From the NCBI GenBank assembly GCA_017502865.1, contig JAFVUD010000005.1:144007-208006 (forward strand): 64,000 bases of DNA, read 5' to 3'. Positions 47,490 to 57,410 of this stretch are shown in pieces. The first letter of the stretch is position 1. Each line of letters opens with the position of its first letter. The DNA is from Alphaproteobacteria bacterium. GTDB taxonomy: Bacteria > Pseudomonadota > Alphaproteobacteria > Rs-D84. Below the pieces are notes generated by a model, which saw only the letters and a list, made by a program, of their open reading frames with translations, did no database searches and was not told where the DNA came from. A program made the translations under genes and the position numbers.

Positions 47490-47711
47490 TTATTCTGCGG
47501 CAGTATTTGCAACAGATGTTGGCAATGGCTGTGTTGGCACATCAAAAGTGCCCGTCACAGTATATGTTCCTGCCATTGTCTGGTTGGCTGATGCCGATGT
47601 ATCAACCTTGGTCGCAATAGATTCTTCTACATATTGCGTACCTGCCAAATCTGCCCATGCAGCCGGCATAAAACAGCACATAAACAACGCAAAAAACAAT
47701 GTATTTTTCAT
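47490..47711 (-). CDS. small secreted protein, EYV-head / VPTxPLP-tail family
   Basis: MKNTLFFALFMCCFMPAAWADLAGTQYVEESI...NQTMAGTYTVTGTFDVPTQPLP. Lies 6 nt upstream of 45381-47483. Confidence 0.6.
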   Translation of the reverse strand: MKNTLFFALFMCCFMPAAWADLAGTQYVEESIATKVDTSASANQTMAGTYTVTGTFDVPTQPLPTSVANTAAE

Positions 47712-47880
47712 TTTTCCTCCAACAAAATAAATACTTCCTGTCACCGTATATTGTACAATAAAACTCAATCATTAACAAGGGCAATTTTTCGTCACATTCC
47801 CACTTAAATATTTCTTGCAATTTGATATTAATGTTGCTCAAATACAAATATATAAAATTAAACACAAAAGGAAGCGAAAA

Positions 47881-48333
47881 ATGGCAGGCAGTATTAATAA
47901 AGTGACATTGGTCGGCAACATTGGCGGCGATCCCCAGGTTCGCAACATGCCCAGCGGTCAAAAGGTTGTAAATTTCAACCTGGCAACATCCGAACGTTGG
48001 CGTGACCGTGCAACCGGCGAAATGAAAGAACAAACCGAATGGCATCGTATTGTTATCTTTAACCCAAATTTGGCAGATGTTGCCGAACGCATGTTGCAGA
48101 AAGGCACAAAATTATACATCGAAGGTTCATTAAAAACCCGCAAATGGCAAAATCAACAGGGCGTTGACGTTTACACAACCGAAGTTGTATTGAACCCATT
48201 CGCCGGTCAAATGGTAATCTTGTCCGGGTCCAAGGGTGCCGGTGACAGCGAATATAACGCCGCCCCAACACCCGCATCGGCCCCACGTGAAGAAATTTCC
48301 GTTGCCGACATCAACGACGATATTCCATTCTAA
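47881..48333 (+). CDS. ssb: single-stranded DNA-binding protein
   Basis: [21 protein letters not shown]...[11 protein letters not shown]-fold and acidic C-terminal tip DDIPF. A terminator follows. Confidence 0.9.
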   Translation: MAGSINKVTLVGNIGGDPQVRNMPSGQKVVNFNLATSERWRDRATGEMKEQTEWHRIVIFNPNLADVAERMLQKGTKLYIEGSLKTRKWQNQQGVDVYTTEVVLNPFAGQMVILSGSKGAGDSEYNAAPTPASAPREEISVADINDDIPF

Positions 48334-48355
48334 AAAGAAAAATATATCACACAAA

Positions 48356-48380
48356 AACCGCCATTTCGGCGGTTTTTTTT
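48356..48380 (+). terminator. terminator after ssb
   Basis: AACCGCC-ATTTC-GGCGGTT followed by T8. Confidence 0.85.
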
Positions 48381-48482
48381 CTGCCGACACAATCCCCCCA
48401 GGTCACAATTCCCTGTTCGCCCCATTTACCTGGGTTCCACGGTCAAGCCGTGGAATGACAAAGATTGATAAATTTCGAAATT

Positions 48483-48778
48483 AAATTAGAACGATTTAGA
48501 TGTGGAACGGTCCCGGCAACGTAGTGCACAAACCGCTACATGAGTTGTCGGGACCGCCCAACCCCTTGCCTGTTAAAAATAAATTAGAATGATTTAGATG
48601 TGGAACGGTCCCGGCAACGTAGTGTACAAACGCTACATGAGTTGTCGGGCCACCCAACCCCTTGCCTGTTAAAAATAAATTAGAATGATTTAGATGTGGA
48701 ACGGTCCCGGCAACGTAGTGTACAAACGCTACATGAGTTGTCGGGACCGCCCACAGATGAATTATTATAATTTATTTT
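48483..48778 (+). repeat. tandem array A: three ~97-nt hairpin-containing repeat units
   Basis: Units start at 48483, 48581 and 48677. The conserved hairpin is CCCGGCAAC-GTAGTG-TACAAA-CGCTAC-ATGA-GTTGTCGGG. The last unit has a distinct AT-rich tail. Confidence 0.9.
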
Positions 48779-51700
48779 TTAGAAGCGGTAAGAACCTGAG
48801 ACTTTAATATTATGCAACTGGATGGCATCGTTGTATTGATATCTGTAATCAACACCAATTTGAATGCCGGTTGCGGAAATCAGTTCAAAACCACCACCAA
48901 TATTTGCCCACAATGGATCAATATCCAATGCATAGTCGGTGAACGAATGGGCCGGACCAAATTTATATTGAACCTGGTCTGGGGCACCCAGAACATCATA
49001 TTCGACACCAATCGATGCATATGGTCTGATTTGGAACCATGCTGTTGGATAGATGCGTTTCTGGGCCGTTAATGTGTACCCAGGGGTCAACATCAAATAG
49101 CCATCTGATTCCATATTCATGTAATCGCCACTGCCGGCGGTTTCATCAACACTGAAACCAAAATTATAACCAACACGTGCATACAGATTTCCAACGATAT
49201 ACTGGTTCAACCAATCGTGCATCAACCCCCATTCAGATGTCAATGCCAACGCCATACCATCACCATCGATTGTATCCATGAAATTCATGTTTCTGTCTGT
49301 ATCTAACATATGGATATCCAAGAACGCATTTCCATACGCACGCACAGAATTAGTCAATGTTTTAGCCAAATAACCGCCCAGGCCGATATTTGTATCTGTG
49401 ACGGACACAGAAACATTTCCTTGTTCTGTGATGGCACCATAACTTAAATCCATAGAATCTGAATTATCGCTGGACATATGTGAAACACGACCTGTCAACC
49501 CCAGAATCAGTGTTTCAGATTCCTGCCAGTCAAATCCACCGGCAACACTGAAACGATTTCCACCAACACGTTTGTTATCTGTCACATTCTGGCGGAACAT
49601 ACCATAGTCAACATCAACCCATGCTTTTTTCAAACTGCGGTTTCTGTTCCAGATAAATTCATCCATCATGCGATCTTCGAAATCACGGAACGATGTATGT
49701 TCATTCAACATAACTGCACCCGCAATTTGTTCGATTTCACGTGGCTGAACCAATCTGCTGAATCGTGCCAATGGTGCACCTTCGGCATTGGCAACATAGT
49801 GTTCCATACGATTGTACAATTCATTTGCCAATTTAGACATATCTGTCCCTTCGAACAACAATGGAATCACTTCAATTGGCGTACTGTTAAAGAATCCCTG
49901 ATTAACCAATTGACCATCCAACAGATCGTCCAACGCACCGGCCGCCATATATTCACCATCTGTATGATCTGGTTCACGGCCAACAATTGGCTGGATACGC
50001 ATATTTTCAATCAAAACAGGGCCACCAAAGCGTGGATCAAACACGACATACAAACTGTCATTTTCACCATTTGCATCCGCATCACGAACCGAGATATACG
50101 CCGGCAATTCTTCGCCCGATTTATTATTCGCATCAATCGCATCCAGATAGTTAAAGCATTTTGAACCATCTGCATTACAGAACATAACTTCCAGATTGCG
50201 AACCTTGGCCAATGCATCAAATTCTTCGATACCATCTTTGGCGTTTAACAACCAAATCGCAGTACCCTGGTCAACGGCATCAAATATATTAATACCGATT
50301 TGTGAATCCGCCAACTGAACTTCTTTGTTACCCAAATTCAGCCCAGAATCATATACTTTACCCGATATAAATTTGCCATTAACCGAAATCATTGGTTCTG
50401 CATCGGCTGCATTTGTGATATCACCCAGTGTATCATCTTCGGCCAGGCTGACGGTTGCCCAATAATTCTTGGCACTGGAATTCATTGTGGTACCATCTGC
50501 ATATTTCAAGATTGCAACATTCAATCGGCTGTTTTCATCAAATGTATAATTACCACCAATACTCATTTGTTCCAGACCGATAAAGTCAACCCCACCTGAA
50601 ACATCACCACCAACCGACACATCCATCCAGTTTGCATATGGCGACGCAACAAATGCTAAATCAACTGCATCTATGCTGCCAGAAACATCAATATCACTGC
50701 TGTTCACAACCATTGTCCCAGATTTCTGGTCAATCGCCCCAACATTCATATTAGATGTATTTATAACATAATCAGATGCCGCCACATTTACATCACGACT
50801 GGCCAATGTACCTGCATAATTTTGATATAATGTACCATCGGTTGTAAATGGTGTTGCCAAATCCAATCCAGCCCCAGACAACTGAATCATACCATCGTTC
50901 ATGGCCAATGAATTCATTGTTATAAACCCATTACCCGAACCAATATACAACGTACCATTATTCGCAACATCTGCGAAATCAGCAGATTCCTGGGCAAATA
51001 TTGCCAAAGAACCGCTGTTTTCCAAATTCTGCGACGCAAACGATTTCGCATTTACCATCACGCCGGCACCATCTGCCACAGAAACATTACCAACAACATT
51101 GAATAAATCTGTAATGTTATATGAAACCGTATTTTCATCTGCGACAAAATTACCACCAATGTTCATACTGGCCGCCTGAACACTTGATTCATCGGCTGTC
51201 AAATTCAGCATACCATTTTTAGCAGTACCCTGGTTCAAATCGCCTGCAACGCTAATATCGCCACCGACGATTGTGCGTTCCGCATCAATATTTGCCCCAC
51301 CCCCAGACACTGTCAAACCATATGAAACATCGAATTGTTTTGCATCAACCGACACTAAACCACCCGTTGATGTAATTGAATTCGCAGACACATTGTTGGC
51401 ATTTGCTGTAAACGCACCACTGTTTGTCACATTTTCAACAGACACCGCATTTACATTCCCCTGGCCTAACAAAGTTGTCAAACCTGTATTTGTAATATCC
51501 TGGGCGGTTATCATTGTACCCGATGCATACAGCGATCCACCAACCGTTGTATCATTTTTGATATCAACCAATTTATTCGCCACCAGGTTCAATTCACCAC
51601 CTGCATCAATCAAGCCAGAAACATTGATATTATTCGCAGATTTCAATGTTAACCCGTCACGTGTTGCCGCCATAACTGTAATACCACCGGCAACATCAAT

Positions 51701-54088
51701 ATCCTGATTTGCCCCGGTTGATTGCAATGTCATACCGTCTGTACCAATTATCGACAGCCCCCGTGTTGGATTCAAACTGCTGTCATACCAGATACCATTT
51801 TTAATATTAATACCGCCCTGGTCTGCAACAACAAATTGACCATACAGATTAATCAAACCATCTTGTTCAACCAGCGATGCAACATTTGCCCCCGCGTTAT
51901 AGATTTCAACAGTACCACCATTTTGTGCAACAACATCACCTGTCACATCCAGTGTCACATCCTCTACCTCTGGAATATACATATCATAGGTTGTCGGCGC
52001 ACCCGCATCTGGAATTTTATATATAAACGCAACCTGCCCCTGGCCCGATGCTACAACATCACCACCCACGGTCATACCGGCTGCAGAAAATCCCATTTTT
52101 CGAACATTACTGGCATCTGTTGCGGTAATATCACCATCAACATTGATTGTATTATCAGATGCCAAAACAAAACCTTGGACACCCTTGGCTGCGACATTTA
52201 CATCACCTGCCGCCCCTGTTGTTGCAGATGTTGCTGTGATATTACCAGCAATTTCAACACTGCCTGCAACATTAACCGTGTTCGTATTGCCGCCAATATT
52301 CAGCACACCACCCGTCACAGTCAAATCACCCGAACCTGTTAAATAACGGTCGTCTTCTGCGATTGCAAACTGACCGATTAAGGCATCAATGTTTGTTGTA
52401 CCACCCTGAACATCCAGACCACCCATTGTGATTGGCCCTTCGCCTAAATCTGAACCCTTGATGGTGGTAGAACCATTTTTATTTATAACATTCCCTAAAA
52501 TTGCGATATTACGCCCTTCGATTAATGTAGAACCACTGTTATTGTTCACATTTCCCACAACCCCAACGGATCCATATTCATCTGTATATGCCACGACACG
52601 CAAATTACCGCCATCATTTACCAGATTACCCCCCGACACCGTTGGTTCAGACGCATTATCCTCTTGCAGCATTTGCCCCAACATAATCGTTTCTGCATTC
52701 AATGTTGTATTTCCAGAATTCGAAACATTTTCATCGACATACAAATACGAAGACGCCGTCAAATGTGCGGTTGCATCTTGGGCTGTGGTCAAAGATTTAA
52801 TTGCAATTTCACCATACACACTGTTGCTGTCGTTATATGGCTGAATTGAACCCGCAACGGCATCATTATTCACTTCGGCCACCATATTCAGTGTACCACC
52901 CGATGCATAAACGTCTTGGGCCCAGATATCACCAGCCTTGATATTCATGATTGCATTTTTATTATTTGCCCCATTTTGAATATCCAAAACTATCAGTTCG
53001 CCACGTGTCACATTCAAATCGAACTGTTTTGCATCGTTCGACATCATAGCAAACACTTGGTCTTCCGTAGTATTCCCCCAATAAATCTGCCCTGTGGTCA
53101 AACTGAATGTATTATCAGTCCCCATTGTGCTTAAATCCACACCATTGGCGAAATAAGTTTCCCCAGAAACATTGATATTCACATTACCGCCATTGACAAA
53201 AGACGCATTATTATCGTCACCACCATTTAATTGCAGCGATCCTGTATTAATAACTAACGTCCCATTTGCCGAATCGTTTTTGACTGTGCCCCCAACATTA
53301 ATCGAACTGTTGACGGCATTAAATGTCAAACTGTCACCTGAATTTTCCAGATTACCATCAATATAAACAATCGATCCATTGTTAACATTGATTTCCATAT
53401 CACCGGCATTATTCTGGATATTCCCCACCGTTTCATCATCGATACTGCCGTCCAACGCTTCTTCCTGTGGGCCACGCATATCCAACGAACCCGCATTAAC
53501 AACAAACTTACCCGTACTGTCGTTTTGTAATTTTTCTGCTTCCAGCGTATCTGTCGCAGTGATTGTTGTATTACCTGTACCTGTTGCCGCCAAATCTTGA
53601 ACTGAGATATATTCCGCCCCCAGTGTCAAATCCCCATTACTGGTCACATGCTGTGCATACAACCCCACAATTCCATCATCAATCGTCAGCGTCCCCAGGT
53701 TTTCGATTGCACCAAAATACGCTTCTGAAATCTGTGCATTGTCTGTTGCATTTGCATGAATGCCCAACGTACGACCATTTGCCACCGTCAGTGCCCCCAG
53801 CACTTCGATATTACCGCTGCTTAAAATCGTGTACGAAGAATTCGTATCTGGCCCGACATAGACCCAGCCATCTGGACTGGCCGCAGGAATTTGTGCCCCA
53901 ACAGACAATCCGTGTGTTACCGTCATACCACCGGTCCCCACAACAAAACCACTACCACCGGTAAAATGATATACGTCTGTCGTCGCATTCAACCCATCAA
54001 ATGTTGCATTATTTGGATAAACTAACGGTTCGGCCACCGCACCAAAAGGCGCCAAGCAGCACATCAGTGACATAATTTTCTTGAACAT
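48779..54088 (-). CDS. large autotransporter (beta-helical passenger plus C-terminal barrel)
   Basis: 1769 aa from the ATG at 54088 (MFKKIMSLMCCLAPFGAVA). The passenger is G/N/T/V-rich and repetitive. The C-terminal ~280 aa show alternating beta-strands ending in ...SGSYRF. Confidence 0.8.
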   Translation of the reverse strand: MFKKIMSLMCCLAPFGAVAEPLVYPNNATFDGLNATTDVYHFTGGSGFVVGTGGMTVTHGLSVGAQIPAASPDGWVYVGPDTNSSYTILSSGNIEVLGALTVANGRTLGIHANATDNAQISEAYFGAIENLGTLTIDDGIVGLYAQHVTSNGDLTLGAEYISVQDLAATGTGNTTITATDTLEAEKLQNDSTGKFVVNAGSLDMRGPQEEALDGSIDDETVGNIQNNAGDMEINVNNGSIVYIDGNLENSGDSLTFNAVNSSINVGGTVKNDSANGTLVINTGSLQLNGGDDNNASFVNGGNVNINVSGETYFANGVDLSTMGTDNTFSLTTGQIYWGNTTEDQVFAMMSNDAKQFDLNVTRGELIVLDIQNGANNKNAIMNIKAGDIWAQDVYASGGTLNMVAEVNNDAVAGSIQPYNDSNSVYGEIAIKSLTTAQDATAHLTASSYLYVDENVSNSGNTTLNAETIMLGQMLQEDNASEPTVSGGNLVNDGGNLRVVAYTDEYGSVGVVGNVNNNSGSTLIEGRNIAILGNVINKNGSTTIKGSDLGEGPITMGGLDVQGGTTNIDALIGQFAIAEDDRYLTGSGDLTVTGGVLNIGGNTNTVNVAGSVEIAGNITATSATTGAAGDVNVAAKGVQGFVLASDNTINVDGDITATDASNVRKMGFSAAGMTVGGDVVASGQGQVAFIYKIPDAGAPTTYDMYIPEVEDVTLDVTGDVVAQNGGTVEIYNAGANVASLVEQDGLINLYGQFVVADQGGINIKNGIWYDSSLNPTRGLSIIGTDGMTLQSTGANQDIDVAGGITVMAATRDGLTLKSANNINVSGLIDAGGELNLVANKLVDIKNDTTVGGSLYASGTMITAQDITNTGLTTLLGQGNVNAVSVENVTNSGAFTANANNVSANSITSTGGLVSVDAKQFDVSYGLTVSGGGANIDAERTIVGGDISVAGDLNQGTAKNGMLNLTADESSVQAASMNIGGNFVADENTVSYNITDLFNVVGNVSVADGAGVMVNAKSFASQNLENSGSLAIFAQESADFADVANNGTLYIGSGNGFITMNSLAMNDGMIQLSGAGLDLATPFTTDGTLYQNYAGTLASRDVNVAASDYVINTSNMNVGAIDQKSGTMVVNSSDIDVSGSIDAVDLAFVASPYANWMDVSVGGDVSGGVDFIGLEQMSIGGNYTFDENSRLNVAILKYADGTTMNSSAKNYWATVSLAEDDTLGDITNAADAEPMISVNGKFISGKVYDSGLNLGNKEVQLADSQIGINIFDAVDQGTAIWLLNAKDGIEEFDALAKVRNLEVMFCNADGSKCFNYLDAIDANNKSGEELPAYISVRDADANGENDSLYVVFDPRFGGPVLIENMRIQPIVGREPDHTDGEYMAAGALDDLLDGQLVNQGFFNSTPIEVIPLLFEGTDMSKLANELYNRMEHYVANAEGAPLARFSRLVQPREIEQIAGAVMLNEHTSFRDFEDRMMDEFIWNRNRSLKKAWVDVDYGMFRQNVTDNKRVGGNRFSVAGGFDWQESETLILGLTGRVSHMSSDNSDSMDLSYGAITEQGNVSVSVTDTNIGLGGYLAKTLTNSVRAYGNAFLDIHMLDTDRNMNFMDTIDGDGMALALTSEWGLMHDWLNQYIVGNLYARVGYNFGFSVDETAGSGDYMNMESDGYLMLTPGYTLTAQKRIYPTAWFQIRPYASIGVEYDVLGAPDQVQYKFGPAHSFTDYALDIDPLWANIGGGFELISATGIQIGVDYRYQYNDAIQLHNIKVSGSYRF

Positions 54089-54199
54089 TTTTTTCTTTTT
54101 CTGTTTTATTTCCAATCCGATTGTGTTTATATTATACCGCAAAATGAATTTAATGCAAAGGTAAACTGTGCATAAACTCATTATTATTTATCAAAGTAA

Positions 54200-55474
<1,275 letters not shown>

Positions 55475-55495
55475 TACAGTGCGAAGTGTGAACGG

Positions 55496-55520
55496 GGGGG
55501 GCAAACATTTGCCCCCTTTT
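55496..55520 (+). terminator. terminator after eno
   Basis: GGGGGCAA-ACA-TTGCCCCC followed by TTTT. Confidence 0.8.
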
Positions 55521-55533
55521 CTATTAAACAAAC

Positions 55534-55740
55534 ATGATTGAATTGGGCGAAATTTTATTGGTGGCAAAATATGCAATCTGCATATATATTTTGCTGATAA
55601 TAATTTGTGCACCCGCATGGCTGGCCCGCCAAACCAAAAAGAACAAGCAAGACATGATTTTGGTCCGCCTGGGGTCCTGGCTGTTTTTATGGTCTGGTGT
55701 TGGCTGGCTGTGGGCCCTGTATTGGTCGGTCAAGAAATAA
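55534..55740 (+). CDS. small two-TM membrane protein (superinfection-immunity Imm-like pattern)
   Basis: 68 aa with two hydrophobic helices and a C-terminal GVGWLWALYWSV motif. Flanked by terminators. Confidence 0.45.
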   Translation: MIELGEILLVAKYAICIYILLIIICAPAWLARQTKKNKQDMILVRLGSWLFLWSGVGWLWALYWSVKK

Positions 55741-55767
55741 AAACCGCCCATCTGGGCGGTAATTTTT
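55741..55767. terminator. bidirectional terminator
   Basis: AAACCGCCCA-TC-TGGGCGGT followed by AATTTTT. An A-run lies on the other side. Confidence 0.7.
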
Positions 55768-56599
55768 ATTCAGTCGGTCCATCTTCGTACAGCCCCGTCA
55801 ACACCGTTGACCGGTACCATTCCACCCCGGCGAAATAGTCTGCACAGTTTCCTTCACAGTTATCATCACATCCTGCCCAACTGGAACTGAATCTGAACAC
55901 CCACGGTGTAAAATCCAATCCCGGCACATTTTTCACACGACAATAGCACACATTGCCATAATATGCTTCACTGCGGTCGGCATTATCCAAATCCTGTTTT
56001 CGTGGAATATATATCGCCCCACCGGTACTGGTAAAATCGCTTTCTATATATGTTGTACACAACGCATCGCCTTCGACATAGCCAAAATCATAATACGCCC
56101 GCCATGTACCAATTGTTTCACGGTTTGGCGAATGTGCCGAATACCCCATTGTCTGGGTCCATTCATATCCATCGGCACCATTACCGCCCGATCCCATTGC
56201 CGCCCGCAAATCATCGGCGGTTGCCGGCCCGACCCAGTTTGGCCGCACCGTAATATCAGACGTAAAATTATAAACAAACGAAACCGCAGTATTTGTACCG
56301 TATGTTGCAACCCGATTATCACCAACATAAATTGCGATACCACCCCATGCCAAACCATCGGGTGCCGTACAAATCAAAGAACTTAAACTGCCATCAAAAC
56401 GATCTGCCGTTGCCAACCGTTCCAACGTCACAGTTTCCCCATATGTCACGGTTTGTGATTCCGGCAGTGTTTTTCCATCCGCCACCGTTCCCGCACCACA
56501 GTCATATGTAATTGTATATGTTTCATTAACACAGTCTGTCACCGCATACAACGGCAAAACCGCCATAATTCCAACCAAAGACATTAAAACTTTCCGCAT
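55766..56599 (-). CDS. secreted Cys-rich protein with one DCG-type B-repeat-like domain (operon gene 3)
   Basis: Signal peptide MRKVLMSLVGIMAVLPLYA, then YTITYDCGAGTVADGKTLPESQTVTYGETVT, and a Cys-rich C-terminus. Confidence 0.65.
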   Translation of the reverse strand: MRKVLMSLVGIMAVLPLYAVTDCVNETYTITYDCGAGTVADGKTLPESQTVTYGETVTLERLATADRFDGSLSSLICTAPDGLAWGGIAIYVGDNRVATYGTNTAVSFVYNFTSDITVRPNWVGPATADDLRAAMGSGGNGADGYEWTQTMGYSAHSPNRETIGTWRAYYDFGYVEGDALCTTYIESDFTSTGGAIYIPRKQDLDNADRSEAYYGNVCYCRVKNVPGLDFTPWVFRFSSSWAGCDDNCEGNCADYFAGVEWYRSTVLTGLYEDGPTE

Positions 56600-56616
56600 C
56601 ATAACGCCCCCATCCA

Positions 56617-57399
56617 TTAGCACGGTCTGCCACACCCAGAAACCATAGACCTACGAATTGGCATACCTGTTTGTGCATCCATCATTGATTTTCCACATGT
56701 TGTTGCACATTCTGCCGAACATGCGTCAACATCATCATATACCTGTGTTTGTACCCACACCGGACCACAACCAGAACATTGCTCATTCAAACAATAACAA
56801 ACAGGACCCGTATCCATGTAATCAGCAATCGAATCACCACTTGTCAAACCAAATGTTATTCCTAAATTTGCCCCAACATTCGAAACCGTTGGCACACCAC
56901 AATACGATACACCACTTGCGGTTCCAGACCATCCAACAAAACTCCATTCTCCTAAAACACCATTTGTAGCAGTATATTCTATACCACCTGGCACTATATC
57001 CTCAGACATCGTACCAACCCATCGTGGTTGAATTGTAATATCACGGGTATATTTATACACAAACGATTGGGCCGTTTTTGATAACACATCGGCAACAATC
57101 TGTTCGCCATACCCCCATTCATCCACAACACGTGGTTCGGCAACAATTTGATACCCCGCCCATTTTTCATAACCATTATTCGGACCAACGCATTGTGATT
57201 TTATCAATTGCGGTGTGACGGTTTGGTTATATTTTACCGGTGTTGGTTCGGGCAATGTTTGACCATCTGCCAATGTACCATTACCACACGAATAATGTAT
57301 ATAATACACCGTATCATCGGTTGCACATGTTAACGCATTTGCATTAAACGCAAATAATGCAACACCCCATACCACAAACAATATTTTATATAATTTCAT
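56617..57399 (-). CDS. secreted Cys-rich protein with one B-repeat-like domain (operon gene 2)
   Basis: Signal peptide MKLYKILFVVWGVALFAFNANA, then YYIHYSCGNGTLADGQTLPEPTPVKYNQTVT. Paralogous to gene 3. Confidence 0.65.
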   Translation of the reverse strand: MKLYKILFVVWGVALFAFNANALTCATDDTVYYIHYSCGNGTLADGQTLPEPTPVKYNQTVTPQLIKSQCVGPNNGYEKWAGYQIVAEPRVVDEWGYGEQIVADVLSKTAQSFVYKYTRDITIQPRWVGTMSEDIVPGGIEYTATNGVLGEWSFVGWSGTASGVSYCGVPTVSNVGANLGITFGLTSGDSIADYMDTGPVCYCLNEQCSGCGPVWVQTQVYDDVDACSAECATTCGKSMMDAQTGMPIRRSMVSGCGRPC

Positions 57400-57410
57400 T
57401 TCTTCACCAC

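Noticed and set aside
47769-47880. SOS (LexA) box upstream of ssb or uvrA
   Set aside because: Neither promoter region contains a GAAC-N7-GAAC/GTTC-N7-GTTC direct repeat or a CTGT-N8-ACAG palindrome.
48598-48672. Small peptide ORF inside each repeat unit (MWNGPGNVVYKRYMSC...), which also seeds the track ORF 59171-59521
   Set aside because: The reading frame is not conserved between units. Unit 1 of array A has a 1-nt indel, unit 1 of array B reads ATG TGA, and the middle unit of array B lacks the ATG. There is no SD sequence. Conservation follows base pairing, not codons.
48483-48778. Possible CRISPR array (regularly spaced repeats), with the same question at 58959-59255
   Set aside because: The whole ~97-nt period is repeated and there are no unique spacers between short repeats. 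No cas genes are nearby. This is a tandem repeat of a structured element, not a CRISPR array.
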